This document shows positions 29,549 to 42,149 of a stretch of 64,000 nucleotides of DNA, piece after piece (within the stretch, counting starts at the first letter, position 1; the number at the start of each line of letters is the position of its first letter). Source of the stretch: Nitrospirales bacterium. Its GTDB lineage: Bacteria; Nitrospirota; Nitrospiria; Nitrospirales; UBA8639. Location of the stretch: the NCBI GenBank assembly GCA_963555755.3, contig OY820905.2:2976001-3040000 (forward strand). The letters run 5' to 3'. A program made the position numbers and the translations under genes. A model generated the notes under the pieces. The model did not search any database and had not been told where the DNA came from. It saw only the letters and a program-made list of their open reading frames with translations.

Positions 29549-30283
29549 ATGGGCAGAATCGGGGTCATTTTTAAACGCGAACTCACTGGGTACTTTGCCA
29601 CACCGATTGCGACGGTGTTCATTGTCATCTTCCTGATGTTGGCTGGCACCTTTACGTTTTACTTGGGAAACTTCTTCGCACGTGGCCAGGCTGATCTCCT
29701 ACCTTTTTTCAATTTTCACCCGTGGCTCTATTTGGTGTTGATTCCGGCCCTGGCCATGCGCATGTGGGCGGAGGAACGTCGAGAGGGTACCATCGAATTG
29801 TTGTTCACCCTTCCCGTCACATTGTGGGAAGCCGTGGTTGGTAAATTTTTAGCGGCCTGGTGTTTTACGGGAATTGCCCTCGCACTGACCTTTCCCATGT
29901 GGGTGACCGTGAATGTGTTGGGTGAGCCTGATAACGGTGTGATTCTCGCGGGGTACATTGGCAGCTTTCTTATGGCTGGTGGATTTATGGCGATTGGCTC
30001 ATGCGTGTCGGCCTTCACCAAAAACCAGGTGATCGCCTTTGTGATTAGTGTGGTCGTAGGGTTGGGCTTTATGTTGAGCGGCTTTCCAATGGTGTTGGAT
30101 TTCTTCAGTGGATGGACGCCACAATTTTTCCTGGAACTCATAAGTTCGTTCAGTTTTCTCACGCACTTTAATGCCATCAGTCGCGGAGTGATCGATATTC
30201 GAGATATTGTCTACTTCCTCTCTCTCATTGGCTTTTGGCTGTTTGCGACCGCGTTAATTTTGGAATGGAAAAAGGCTGAGTAA
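29549..30283 (+). CDS. ABC-2 permease (GldF-like)
   Basis: IFKREL..YF.TP, MRMWAEER..GTIELL.TLP, TKNQVIA. Confidence 0.9.
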   Translation: MGRIGVIFKRELTGYFATPIATVFIVIFLMLAGTFTFYLGNFFARGQADLLPFFNFHPWLYLVLIPALAMRMWAEERREGTIELLFTLPVTLWEAVVGKFLAAWCFTGIALALTFPMWVTVNVLGEPDNGVILAGYIGSFLMAGGFMAIGSCVSAFTKNQVIAFVISVVVGLGFMLSGFPMVLDFFSGWTPQFFLELISSFSFLTHFNAISRGVIDIRDIVYFLSLIGFWLFATALILEWKKAE

Positions 30284-30295
30284 ACACATAAGACG

Positions 30296-32230
30296 ATGAA
30301 TGCCAGACTTGTAACAGGAAGCGGATTGGCGATTGCGGTGGTGTTATTTTTCGCTGTGAATGTGTTGAGTAATGTCGTGCTCCGATCGGCTCGCTTCGAT
30401 CTGACGGATCAACATCTTTATACCCTGTCCGAGGGCACGCGAAATATTTTACAGAGCATCGATGAACCGATTACCTTGCGGTTTTACCTGTCTAAAAAAC
30501 TGGCAACGGGATTACCGGGAATCAATAACTACGCCAACCGGGTGCTGGAACTATTGCAAGAGTATGAGCAGGCTGCCGACGGGAATCTGAATCTGCACAT
30601 CATCGACCCCGAGCCTTTTTCAGAGGAAGAAGATCGCGCAGTAGGATATGGCTTGCAGGGGGTTCCGCTGAATAATGGAAACGTCCAATTTTATTTTGGC
30701 CTGGTCGGAACCAGTTCAACCGATGACCAAGAGCTCATTCCCTTTTTCCAACCAGACCGTGAAGAGTTGATCGAATACGATCTCACCAAGCTGGTCTATC
30801 AATTAGCCAACCCCACACAAAAGGTCGTGGGTCTGCTCAGCACGCTTCCCCTTGAAGGTGGTCCTTCCATGGGCTTTATGCAAGGACAAGGAGGAAGCCC
30901 ACCCTGGATGATTCTGGATTCCATCCGCGAGGTCATGCAGGTTAAGTCATTGGAAAAAGACGTGGCCGATATCCCCGAGGATGTTGAGGTCTTGATGGTA
31001 GTCCATCCCAAGAAGTTAAGTGATGCCACCTTGTATGCCATTGATCAGTTTGTCTTAGGCGGTGGCCGAGCCTTGGTGTTCGTAGATCCTCATAGTGAAG
31101 CAGATCCCATTCCTCCCAATCCCAGGAACCCCATGGGGATGCAAGGTCCACGAAATTCTGATTTAGGAAAAGTGTTTGATGCCTGGGGCATTGAATTGGT
31201 CAGAGGAAAGGTCGTGGGCGATCTCCCGTTGGCCAAAAAAGTGAACTTCCAAAAACAGTCACGAACGTTTGTGGCCGATTACCCCATTTGGATTGATCTC
31301 ACCCCTCAGCATTTAGATCCTGATGATGTCGTGACCGCACAGCTTCCGAGTCTCACCATGGCCTCGGCGGGAATTTTACAAAAGAAAGAAGGCAGTGATA
31401 TTGAGTTCATTCCCTTGGTGGAAACCGACGACAGAGCCATGCAAATCGACACCACCCGTCTGATGTTTATGCCCGACATCGAAGGCCTGCTGCGGAGTTA
31501 TCGTCCAGAGGGGAAAAAACTTACCTTAGCCGCTCGTTTAACGGGGAAGGTCAAAACGGCGTTTCCTGATGGCAAGCCCAAACCAGCAGATTCTGAAAAC
31601 ACCGACAATCAGCCCATAGAAGGCAACCAAAAATTAGAAGACAAACCGCATCTCACCGAATCAACCGAACCCATAAACGTGATCGTGGTAGCGGATACCG
31701 ACATGTTGCAAGATCGGTTTTGGGTGCAAGTGCAAAATTTTCTTGGGCAGCGAATCGGAATTCCCACGTCTGCGAACAACAGCTTCGTCACCAATGCCCT
31801 GGACAATCTGACAGGGAGTCATGATCTGATTACCGTCAGAAGTCGAGGCAGCTTCTCGCGACCGTTTACGTTGGTCCGAGACATTCAACAAGAAGCGGAA
31901 ATGCAGTACCGCCAAAAAGAACAAGCGCTGCAACAACGCTTAAAAGATACTGAGCGGCAGATTCAAGACTTACAGAAAGCCAAGGGCGAGCAGACCGTGC
32001 TGATTTTAAACCCCGAACAACAATCCGCCCTCGATGGGTTTCGGCAACAGTTAGTGGCGACCAGAAAAGAGCTGCGGGGCGTGCAACATGAGTTGCAGAA
32101 AAATATTGAAAGTCTCGAAGGCATCGTGAAGTTTTTGAATATCGGTTTTATGCCCCTGGTGATCGTCGTAGGCGGTGTGGTGATCAGTGCCTACAAAATG
32201 CGCCGCCGCCGAAATACTAAAGTTAAATAA
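30296..32230 (+). CDS. GldG-family ABC auxiliary component
   Basis: RFDLT...YTLS.GT, EYDLTK, IDQFV..GG, C-terminal coiled coil and TM. Confidence 0.9.
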   Translation: MNARLVTGSGLAIAVVLFFAVNVLSNVVLRSARFDLTDQHLYTLSEGTRNILQSIDEPITLRFYLSKKLATGLPGINNYANRVLELLQEYEQAADGNLNLHIIDPEPFSEEEDRAVGYGLQGVPLNNGNVQFYFGLVGTSSTDDQELIPFFQPDREELIEYDLTKLVYQLANPTQKVVGLLSTLPLEGGPSMGFMQGQGGSPPWMILDSIREVMQVKSLEKDVADIPEDVEVLMVVHPKKLSDATLYAIDQFVLGGGRALVFVDPHSEADPIPPNPRNPMGMQGPRNSDLGKVFDAWGIELVRGKVVGDLPLAKKVNFQKQSRTFVADYPIWIDLTPQHLDPDDVVTAQLPSLTMASAGILQKKEGSDIEFIPLVETDDRAMQIDTTRLMFMPDIEGLLRSYRPEGKKLTLAARLTGKVKTAFPDGKPKPADSENTDNQPIEGNQKLEDKPHLTESTEPINVIVVADTDMLQDRFWVQVQNFLGQRIGIPTSANNSFVTNALDNLTGSHDLITVRSRGSFSRPFTLVRDIQQEAEMQYRQKEQALQQRLKDTERQIQDLQKAKGEQTVLILNPEQQSALDGFRQQLVATRKELRGVQHELQKNIESLEGIVKFLNIGFMPLVIVVGGVVISAYKMRRRRNTKVK

Positions 32231-32241
32231 CTCCCAAAGAA

Positions 32242-32277
32242 CCCTCGCCCCTGAGGGGAGAGGGAAGGGTGAGGGGT
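32242..32277. repeat. REP-like palindrome (related copies at 35436-35469 and 63860-63900)
   Basis: ccctcgcccctgaggggagagggaagggtgagggg. Confidence 0.7.
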
Positions 32278-33079
32278 TAACCCAAATCAGTGTAGTGCCA
32301 TTTGAGGCCTCATGCCGACCCAACTGTTCCAAATATGAACACCAAAACGTTGACCATCATGGGTATCATCACCGTCGTCCTGATCGGTACGGCAGTGCTG
32401 GTGTTCCAACAAAAGGAAACCGCGCCACCCCAAACGGGGCAACCAGTCTTCCCGGGTTTGATGTCCAAAATCAATGAGGTGTCAGAACTTGTTGTGAACG
32501 CTCAAAGCAAAACCATGACGATTGTCCGAGATGGAGAATCGTGGAGCGTCAAAGAAAAACACCACTACCCCGCCAATATGGGAAAAATTCGGGAAGCGCT
32601 CATCGGCCTAGGAGAATTAAACTTTCTAGAAGCCAAAACCAAAAATCCAGAATTGTATGAAAAACTTGGTTTGGAAGATGTGGATGCTGAAGGATCGATA
32701 TCCATGAGGGTGACACTCAAGGATTCCGCAGGAACCTCCTTGGCCGAAGTCATTGTGGGGAAACAACATCCGTCCAAAGGAAACCCAAGTCAAGATGAAG
32801 TGTATGTCCGCAAACCTGGAAATCCACAAACCTGGCTGACCATTGGCAAACTCTCTATTGAGAAAATTCCCAGCGAGTGGTTGGACAAGGATTTCTTGGA
32901 GGTCGAGCCAATGCGCGTGCGGCGGGTCCACATCACCCATCCTGACAACACCATATTAGTGTTGGAAAAAGAAAACCCGGATGATCTGGATTTCAATGTA
33001 ACGAATCTTCCGGAAGGAGAAGAAATTCAATCACAATTTGCCGTGAACAATATTGTGTCAACGGTCACATCCCTGTCGC

Positions 33080-34983
33080 CAGGGCCATTTCATTCTTTTT
33101 ATAAGCAAGGGATTCCATGAGGTTTTTTGTGCCCTCTTTTTCAGGGCAGGGCCATGCGGATGGCTAAATGGGGCTTGCCCCAGAGCAGTCTACACGCCTG
33201 CGCGATATTGGTGTAGCCTTTCAGGCGTAAGAGACTGATGGCATAGCGTCTCAGACAGGTCATGACCATTGGGCCATTGAGACTTCGTATCTGACTCCTG
33301 TCTTCATCAAAGGTGACGTCCAACACATAATGCTGCTTATTCTCCACACTCCAATGCTTTCGGTTTTGCGAGAGGATGGTCTTCGGCCCCGCCTTGTCTT
33401 TGGACTGACTCGTGACACCGCAGACCGCTTCGACGGTCGTGAGGCCCTGCTTGAGATGCGTCACTTCCCTCTCAATGCAGAAGACTTGCTGGACATGAGG
33501 AAAGTTGACATAGGCATTCAGGGAGTCATCGCACCAGATCCTGCGGGTCGTGATCTGCCCATGGCCTTTCTCGGTGGTGGCATAATCGCACCGGCGTGCT
33601 CGCAACGCTAAGGCCTCAATGTCGTGCTTCAAGGTGGGCTGGTTTCCCTTGACGGTGAAGACGAAGTCGGCGCCGCGTTCGTGCACCAGGTACTCGGCAA
33701 TCTCTTTCTGGGTGAGGAGCGCATCCGCCGTGATCACCTTCCCTGCGATCTCGAGCGCATCTAACAGGGGCCGCACGCAGGGGATCTCATTGGTCTTGGA
33801 GTGAACTTTTTTTGGGTGAGGTGGCGCCCGGCTTGATGGGTGACGGCGCTGAGGACGTGGGTCTGTTCGCTTGGGACCTTCGACGTCCCCCGCATGGTCT
33901 TCCCATCAATGGCAATGCCCTGATCCTCCCCGCCGAAGGTGTCCAGCCACCGGCCGAGCAGGGTATCGACTTCACAGGGGTCGACGGCCGTGATAAAGCG
34001 GTAAAGAGTGCTGCGGCTCGGGACGAGGTAGCGCCCCCCTCGCTGAGTACAGCCTAGCCGCTTGCGCATCGGCTGCGATAACTGCTGGGCCCAGTCCGAG
34101 ATCGCTTCATAGCCGCGCGCGCCGCACAAGGTGGCACAGCACATGATCGCCGTGAGGGCGCGTCGGGTGTGCCGTTGCCCTTGCAAATGGCGGGGATCGG
34201 TCAGCTGCACCACATACGTAAAGAGGGAGTCCGTCTGTTTTGTATTCAATCTCATCTGAGGCGCTTCTCCTTTCTGATAGGGCTGATCAAGCATCGGGCG
34301 TGCAAGGATCTCTCGGGCTTGGGGATGCAGCCGCACGACTAGGATGCGCTTCGGTCTCTCATGCTGAACATAACACGTGTTCGACTTGCGAAACCCTCGT
34401 GTCAGACCGAGCTCGTGCCACCCGGCGGCCCGATAGCAGGTCCCGGTGAAGCGGGCAGGATCGACGAAGGTCTCTAAGAGGAGCAAGGGGTAGCCGTGGT
34501 ACAGTTGCCAATCGGACGAGATCCGTTTCGCGCAGAGCGACAGGACTTTCGAGGCGAGGTTCTTTTGCGAACAGCCCGGCAGCATGAGAAACCGGGTGTT
34601 GTTGGCCAGTAAATGGAGTCGTTGCCATTGAAAACAGGGGGGCCAGCCGATCCAGTGGTCTCGCGGTCTCGATTTGAGGGCCGCCGCCGCAAACACCAGC
34701 AAGGCCAGCCAGCGATCCTGCACACAGGCGAGATATTGTATCGATTGGCCAATCAGCGGGGCATGACCGAGGTAGTGGTGTCTGTCGAGAAGGGTCTTGA
34801 AGGCGTCCTTTTCGTCTCGGACAATTGGGCGAACCACGACTTGCCTCAGATCAATGTCCGGCTGTCCGCTTGGCGATTCGTCTGGCATGCAAAAGAGTAT
34901 GCCGTAAACGAAAAGAAAAAACCAGCCTAAATCGATTATTCCTTATTATCTATAAAGTTACACTTTAATATGAAATAGCCCTG
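33080..34983 (-). mobile_element. ISAs1-family IS, copy 2 (1904 bp, intact)
   Basis: 14-bp IRs CAGGGC(C/T)ATTTCAT; 10-bp TSD TCCCTGTCGC at 33070-33079 and 34984-34993. Confidence 0.96.
33141..34888 (-). CDS. DUF4338-fused ISAs1 transposase (-1 frameshift at 33806-33813)
   Basis: Differs from copy 1 by two residues in ORF1 (A/S, F/C); ORF2 translation identical. Confidence 0.9.
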
Positions 34984-35471
34984 TCCCTGTCGCTAGATGA
35001 TGTTCAACCAAGCAGCGAAATCTCCTTTGAAGATGAATCCGTGGTTACGGCAAACTTTGAGACATTTGATGGTCTCAAAGGCACAGTGAAATTGCTTCGA
35101 AAAGACGAGAAGAATTACGTGAAAATATCGGCAGCCTTCAATGCTGCTCTAATCTGGAAACCCGAACCCGAAGAAATTTCGGAAACCGAAAAACCAGTTG
35201 AAGGAGAAAATGCTCAGGATAAAGACGATAACGAGATAGTAGAAGCTCCCAAACCTGAGAAACCCAAGGTAAAAATAGAGGCCGAAGTCAAAGCCGAAAT
35301 TGAAGCTCTAAATAAAAAAGTCAGTGAATGGATTTACATCATCCCCAAATTCCGCGCCGATACCATCCTCAAAAAACCTGAAGATCTTATTAAGAAATCT
35401 TAGAAACTACCTCTCAAAAAAATGGCCCTTTTCAGTCCCCCTCCTTTGTAAGGAGGGGTAAGGGGGGGGAT

Positions 35472-36143
35472 TTATTCGGTCGTAATTTCTTGAGAGGAAC
35501 CAGAAGTTTTCTTACTCTTTTTCACCAACACGTCTTGGAGTTCCTGATACACCTGCATCAATCGGGAATCTTCGAGGCGATATGCCAGGGAAATCATCAT
35601 TAAGCCGAAGAGCAAAACGAGCACGCCTAATCCCGCCACGCCCAAGGCCATCAACAAGCCACCTGCAGAACTAAAACCACCATCAATCCCAAACATGATT
35701 AGAAATGCCGCTGTTCCAATCGTCACCAATCCTAACCAGGCCATCGTGATAATGCTCGAAGACCAGGGCGTCCGTTTGGTCAACTGTAATTCCACCCCTG
35801 CCTCTGTCGCGCGGAGTTCGATGGTCCCCTTCAGTGGCCATGCGGTTCGAAAGCGCATCGTAAATAACTGGTAATAAGGACGTAGGGTAATGACCCCTTG
35901 GTCTTCGAACCACCGGGCAAACCCATGTGGCAATTCAATAGTGTTTTGTTGGTTAAATCGTTTGAGAAGAGTTTGAGGGGTGAGGTCGTCGAGGTGGTCG
36001 CGGCGTCTGGCAATGCCGAAACCATATTGCGCGGAAATAGGTCGCAGATTGGTAAAATGATACCAATCTCCAATCAGAAGTAGTAGAAAAAGTATGCCTC
36101 CAAAAAGCCCCGCAAGAATCATAGCTGCTGCAACATAGCACAA
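35472..36143 (-). CDS. Hypothetical membrane protein
   Basis: 223 aa with three hydrophobic segments; start uncertain. Confidence 0.75.
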   Translation of the reverse strand: MCYVAAAMILAGLFGGILFLLLLIGDWYHFTNLRPISAQYGFGIARRRDHLDDLTPQTLLKRFNQQNTIELPHGFARWFEDQGVITLRPYYQLFTMRFRTAWPLKGTIELRATEAGVELQLTKRTPWSSSIITMAWLGLVTIGTAAFLIMFGIDGGFSSAGGLLMALGVAGLGVLVLLFGLMMISLAYRLEDSRLMQVYQELQDVLVKKSKKTSGSSQEITTE

Positions 36144-36187
36144 CAGAACCCAATTCTGTGAAGACGTACTTTCACTTAGTGAGTGAT

Positions 36188-36217
36188 TTGACTTACCTCA
36201 TATCGCTTAGCTACTAT
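36188..36217 (+). promoter_or_regulatory. Sigma70 promoter of tRNA-Met
   Basis: TTGACT-18 bp-TACTAT directly upstream of the tRNA. Confidence 0.6.
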
Positions 36218-36222
36218 CTCTC

Positions 36223-37489
<1,267 letters not shown>

Positions 37490-37509
<20 letters not shown>

Positions 37510-37627
37510 GCGTGGTTTCCTCCTTTTTATTAAGTTCCCGCTCTAACAACGCTCGAATGTAGCCGGACGCAGTGTAGCCTTGGGTTCGCAAGGCATCGAG
37601 CTTGGCCTTGAGTGGTTTGGGTAATTG
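37490..37627 (-). pseudogene. Ribbon-helix-helix (CopG-like) regulator lacking its 5' end
   Basis: Manual translation QLPKPLKAKLDALRTQGYTASGYIRALLERELNKKEETTHGRQTS*, overlapping the integrase start. Confidence 0.6.
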
Positions 37628-37639
37628 CGATTGATCCGT

Positions 37640-38623
37640 TATTTGCTGCGCTATCAATGCTGCTTATGCCCTGCCAGTGACAGTAATGCTACGATCAGCA
37701 CTGACACACCTTAGTGGAAAACAATCCGTGGATGTCTATGTGGTTGATGATAACATCCTGCCTAGTGACAAAGGGAAAGTGGTGAACTCGCTCCCACAGA
37801 CGAGGTTCACGTGTATTGGCTGCGTCCCCAGCGTTCGGATTTTTCTGGACTGCCTATATGGGGGCGGATGCCACTGGTTACGTATGATCGACTCATGATT
37901 GCCCGACTCCTACCTGCTAGCATCAGTAAGGCAATTTGGCTGGATGCTGATTTGCTTGTATTTGGTGATATTTCTGAACTCTGGAACTTAGACGTTTCGG
38001 GGAGCCATGTCCTTGCAGTGAGAGATTGGCTAATCCCTCAACTCGGTTCACGCTTTGGTGTCGCTGGTTGTAAAAAACTTGGCCGAGACCCAGAGGCTGG
38101 GTACTTTAATGCTGGGGTCATGGTCATTAACCTTGAATTGTGGCGACGGGATGACATTGCGGCTCGTGCCCTAGCGTATTTAAAGCGTTACCGCGACCGT
38201 GTCTTTTTTTTGGACCAAGAGGGGTTGAACGCGGTGCTTGCTGGTAAATGGCGTCAGATAGACAGGCTATGGAATTGGAGTTTATTTGCTGAACGACAGG
38301 AACTCTCGTATCAGAACCGTAAGGGCATAACGATAGACAATAATTCGCGTCAAGATCCGCATATTCTACATTTCACGGGCAACTTGAAACCCTGGAACTA
38401 TAATGGTTCGACCGTCTATGATGAAATCTATTACCAGTATTTGGATATGACCGTTTGGGCTAACTGGAGACCCAGTAGAGGTTGGAAGCGAACGCTTCTA
38501 CATAAATATGCGTCATCAAATTTTCGGCAGTTATACTATGGGCCTGAACAGTGGTTGATGTATCTACAGCGGATGTTTAGTCGCCGCTACATCTCGGTGG
38601 ACGAAATAGCCGGAGGCCAATGA
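37640..38623 (+). pseudogene. GT8 glycosyltransferase, 5'-truncated and frameshifted near 37805
   Basis: CAINAAYALP.TVMLRS in one frame; WLDADLL, YFNAGVM, DQEGLN, HFTG..KPW in another. Confidence 0.85.
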
Positions 38624-38726
38624 AATCCCAACAGTTCAACATCTGCCAAAGTCATTTCGCTGAGATGGCCCTTGAGAATTTCACCAAGCATTTTCGCAAG
38701 CCCAACTTGATCCGCATGAGACTGGG

Positions 38727-38860
38727 GTGGTCTATCCCCGAAATGGTGGACACCTCTGAAACGCGCGACAATGCGCATTGAGGGATGTCATGCCGAAGCA
38801 GTGAGGCTATACCTAACCATTCAAAGGAAAAGCCCCACCGCCGAAACGATGAGGCTCTCA
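38727..38860. repeat. Repeat C (IS3-like IR start) plus repeat-B terminator; second copy at 44719-44860
   Basis: gtggtct.tccc.gaaat.gtggacac...ctaac.attcaaaggaaaagccccaccg. Confidence 0.8.
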
Positions 38861-39093
38861 TGGGTGACGCTGGTATCGATGGTTCGATTAGGCCAACACC
38901 CAGAGCCAGAACACCACCGTATTTTCTTCAGCTCTGTGTCCAAATTGTTCTAACGACATACACTTCACGTTGATCAAAGCATATTTAATCGCTTCCCACC
39001 CTCGCTCCCTTCCGGGTTACGTCAATAGTAAGCAGTCCCCGATATCGGGTATAGGATAGCGCCGAGAAGATCTTCATTGGCATTCATTCTGGC

Positions 39094-39564
39094 TCAGAAT
39101 GGAATGCTCGGCTCGCGCAATGCTCTGCTGGTATTGGGGCGCGCTCGATCCAAGGCTGCCGCCACATCCTGCCAGCCTTCGCAGCGGGTGAGGCCCGGGC
39201 GACGGCGATAAATGTTTAATAAGCGTTTGCACCACCCATAGACATAGAAAAAACCCAACACCAAACGACGTTCAAACCGCGAGGGGGGTCGTTGCCCGCA
39301 AATCAGCTTGTCGTCATAAATACCGCGATCGGTTAACCCAACGGCACCGTAGGCAGAGACCTCTACGCAAGACCCTGCAAGGATGCGCGGGCCCAGTACC
39401 ACCGCATCCAGCAAGTCCTCGTCCCCGCCTATGAACTCATGAATAGAGCCATAGTTGAACGGGCACGGTAACGGCGAGATGAAGTCGGCTGTACCCGTTG
39501 CACCGCGCTTGACGAATCCCCAGCGCGGCACTTCGATGACTACTTTGAAGGTTCTAGAATTCAA
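39094..39564 (-). CDS. Inorganic pyrophosphatase-like protein
   Basis: VVIEVPR, PFNYG, GGDEDLLDAVV, DDKLI. Confidence 0.85.
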   Translation of the reverse strand: MNSRTFKVVIEVPRWGFVKRGATGTADFISPLPCPFNYGSIHEFIGGDEDLLDAVVLGPRILAGSCVEVSAYGAVGLTDRGIYDDKLICGQRPPSRFERRLVLGFFYVYGWCKRLLNIYRRRPGLTRCEGWQDVAAALDRARPNTSRALREPSIPF

Positions 39565-39664
39565 TGGTGTCTGTTCTAACGAACTCAGGACAGCTCAGCC
39601 CCAAAATGCCTGTCGCCGAACTCCCGCATTATGGAGGAAGGATACTGTATTTAGGTGTGATTGC

Positions 39665-39790
39665 AAAAGAAAAAGCCCCACCGCCGAAACGATGAGGCTC
39701 TCTGTTCGTGTAATGCTTGAATCGCCTACTCGTTTACGTCTTATTCTTCATCCGGTAGCCAACGAGTCCGACTAAGCCAGTGCCTAACAA
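39665..39790 (-). ncRNA. Repeat B full copy: candidate structured ncRNA with intrinsic terminator
   Basis: GCTTAGTCG/CGATT(C)AAGC and ACTCGTT/AACGAGT stems, then AGCCTCATCG-TTTCGG-CGGTGGGGCT-TTTT. Confidence 0.55.
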
Positions 39791-39852
39791 CAACCATCGT
39801 CACAGACCAATTATGCAACAACGCTTGCACAGGCTTGAACAATCCCAAAGGA

Positions 39853-40044
39853 TTACTCCTCAGTACTCTCTTTAATTGCCTCTCCGGCTTCCTTCATCGA
39901 ATCTCCTCCCTCTTTAAGCGCCTTGTCGATAGCCTTTCCTGCCTTTTCCGCTGTCCCTTCTTCTTTCTGCCCACACCCGGACAGACCAAATAGTAGAATA
40001 ATCGTACTGCCTGTCAACAGACTCCATTTTAAAAAGGTCCTCAT
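39853..40044 (-). CDS. Small lipoprotein
   Basis: LSGC lipobox, AEKAGKAID repeat; GGAGG RBS. Confidence 0.8.
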   Translation of the reverse strand: MRTFLKWSLLTGSTIILLFGLSGCGQKEEGTAEKAGKAIDKALKEGGDSMKEAGEAIKESTEE

Positions 40045-40254
40045 GATTTTACCTCCCTGGATAGTGATAAAAATACACTCGATTGAGTGAAAAGGATGAA
40101 GGCCAACCTCAGAATTCATCTAGTGATGACAGGACTGGTTTCATCCTTTCGGTCAGAAATAACGTGTGTATGGCGAATTCCTAATCACCGCTGTCAGAAG
40201 CCCAATGAGCCGGTTGTGTCTGAGCTTTCCCCGTTATGGGTTTTTTTACCAAAC

Positions 40255-40310
40255 GGGCATCTGAAAAACTCTAGCCTTTCAATGCGGATGAATTTATAGA
40301 AGGGACAGGG
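40255..40310 (+). repeat. Repeat A copy 1 (partial)
   Basis: gcatctgaaaaact..agcctttcaatgcggatgaatttatagaagggacagg. Confidence 0.8.
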
Positions 40311-40563
40311 AGTTTTCCTGGGTTACCCTCGGGCGTCCTTTACGTTTTGGTTTCTCTGAAACATTGATGCTTTTGATTTGCACACCTGGGGGAAACCCCT
40401 GTAATGACATCATTAATGCTTGTCGGCGGACCTCATCCATTGAAACCTCTATGTGCTTTTTGGGTTGCTTCGTGAGTCCTATCCGCGGCAAGTTGATACT
40501 CTTTCTGCCCTCGCGAAAGTTCTTTTTATGTTTGTTGTCAGGCCAATGCTTCGAGAGTTTCAT
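40294..40563 (-). CDS. Hypothetical basic protein, 3' end runs into repeat A
   Basis: AAGGAG RBS; no recognised domain. Confidence 0.45.
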   Translation of the reverse strand: MKLSKHWPDNKHKKNFREGRKSINLPRIGLTKQPKKHIEVSMDEVRRQALMMSLQGFPPGVQIKSINVSEKPKRKGRPRVTQENSLSLL

Positions 40564-40631
40564 AATATTCTCCTTTTACCTGATCGTTCCTTATTATCGG
40601 GGGTCCCAATCAGGCCTGCTCCCTCACAGAT

Positions 40632-40922
40632 TCAGTTTTTGAGAGTTGGGCCTTTCCACATCAGATACGGAGGGTTTTTGAGCTCCACTGCCGATTTAGG
40701 GAATTGATGTTGCGCAGTGCCGTAAGCGAATTCTTGGGCCTCCAGACAGGTTGAACCATAAAAGTGCCCCGATACAGCTTTAAAATTCATTTGGCCTTGG
40801 CGGTCTGGGTTGGCCATATACAGTTCACAGATAAAACCATTTTCTTTGGAATAGTTGGTACTGATTAGTAGCTGGGACCCATCGGGAAGTGTGGTGATAG
40901 GATCGGTACTGAATGGGCTCAT
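40632..40922 (-). CDS. Hypothetical protein
   Basis: 96 aa, AAGGA RBS, protein-like composition. Confidence 0.65.
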   Translation of the reverse strand: MSPFSTDPITTLPDGSQLLISTNYSKENGFICELYMANPDRQGQMNFKAVSGHFYGSTCLEAQEFAYGTAQHQFPKSAVELKNPPYLMWKGPTLKN

Positions 40923-41368
40923 TGGTGTTCCTTTCTGTCACTTTCCTTGCAGATAGATCCTGGATTGAAACAAACCTTGGCCCGATTGGGTCAAGGCATT
41001 CCGGAAAAGGGGTGGGCAGGAAAAGGCAGACAAAAATGCTAAAATTAAGTCAGCCCAACTTCCTGCATTCCCTTGAAGATGTAGGAGCAATGAGCACTAA
41101 GGAGGGGTAAACACAAATGAACTGATCGTGCGAGGGAAGGACTTACAAATGTGAAGGCGCAATAAATAGGTTAGTCATCAGAACTCGCACAACAAAAAAT
41201 TTTAACATGATCTCTATCACTCGTCAAATTGCCGAGATTGGAATAAGGTCCATTATGTGGATCTCGAATGGTATTGTTACCTTAACGCAATTGGAACGCC
41301 GTAGGGCCTGTGCAGGGCGAATTGTTAATCATGCGACCCTTGGGGTGTAAAACAATCCCTGACAATAT

Positions 41369-41447
41369 CGTATGGGCAAAAAACTAATCTAGCCTTGGGG
41401 TATCTGAAAAACTCAAGTATTTCAATGCAGATGAATTAATGGAAGGG
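41369..41447 (+). repeat. Repeat A copy 2
   Basis: cgtatgggcaaaaaactaatctagccttggggtatctgaaaaactcaagtatttcaatgcagatgaat...gaaggg. Confidence 0.85.
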
Positions 41448-41742
41448 CCTGACTTGTGCCGTTTGAAAATACCTTGCCTGGAGGCCGGATGAGTGTTGTG
41501 ACCAGACGACATTGGCTATCTTTTATTCCTCTGTTGCGATATATTGAGGAAACTTATCGCGTGGGGCTTGGCGATGAGAAATCTAATTACCAAAGCCCGC
41601 AACTGGTGTTGTTTTGCCTGAGGGATAACTCGGAAGTGTCTGACTTCTGTCGCCTGAATGCAGCGTCCGCGGACTACTCCTTCCCAATGTTTCACCCTTC
41701 TCGAGCCTAAGACAATATCATTTTTTCAAAAGGAGGAATCCC

Positions 41743-42066
41743 ATGAGTTCAAAATTGTATGTAGGTGGACTGCCGTATTCCACGACTCAAGCAGAATTAA
41801 CCGACCTGTTTTCGGCACACGGCACCGTCCAATCAGCGAACGTCATTAGCGACAAATACACCGGCCAATCCCGTGGATTTGGATTTATCGAAATGTCGTC
41901 CGGAGAAGAAGCTCAAGCCGCAATTACAGCCTTACATTCTACGGAGTTAGGTGGCCGAACGTTGACGGTCAACGAAGCCAAACCCCAAGCCCCACGTACT
42001 GGTGGTGGGGGTGGAGGCTATGACGGTGGTGGGGATTTTGGAGGTAAACGCCGCAGCAGGTTCTAA
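41743..42066 (+). CDS. RRM (RNP-1) RNA-binding protein with Gly-rich tail
   Basis: LYVGGL (RNP2), RGFGFIEM (RNP1); AAGGAGG RBS. Confidence 0.95.
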   Translation: MSSKLYVGGLPYSTTQAELTDLFSAHGTVQSANVISDKYTGQSRGFGFIEMSSGEEAQAAITALHSTELGGRTLTVNEAKPQAPRTGGGGGGYDGGGDFGGKRRSRF

Positions 42067-42090
42067 CGATAACCCCAATACGTCTGGTAA

Positions 42091-42123
42091 AAGGGAGAGG
42101 TCAAAAAGGTCTCTCCCTTTTTT
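42091..42123 (+). terminator. Intrinsic terminator of the RRM gene
   Basis: AAGGGAGAG...CTCTCCCTT plus T run. Confidence 0.75.
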
Positions 42124-42149
42124 ATCCCGAATTCAGCAGTTGAAAAGGT

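Larger units (their letters stand above)
32335..35403 (+). pseudogene. DUF4340 protein interrupted by ISAs1 copy 2
   Basis: Removing the IS and one TSD restores the frame ...VTSLS|LDDVQPSSEISFEDESVVTANF... Confidence 0.9.

Noticed and set aside
28501..32230. GldA/F/G-like genes as a gliding-motility system
   Set aside because: These ABC families are widespread; no T9SS or motor genes here
39730..39775. Repeat B as a hammerhead ribozyme
   Set aside because: CGGATGA resembles CTGATGA, but no GAAA core or three-stem junction is conserved in both copies
39781..39822. GTTAGGC at the start of repeat B as an attI/attC core
   Set aside because: No matching L boxes or IntI gene; conservation fits a transcript start equally well, so left unresolved (a short related motif also occurs at 52872-52889)
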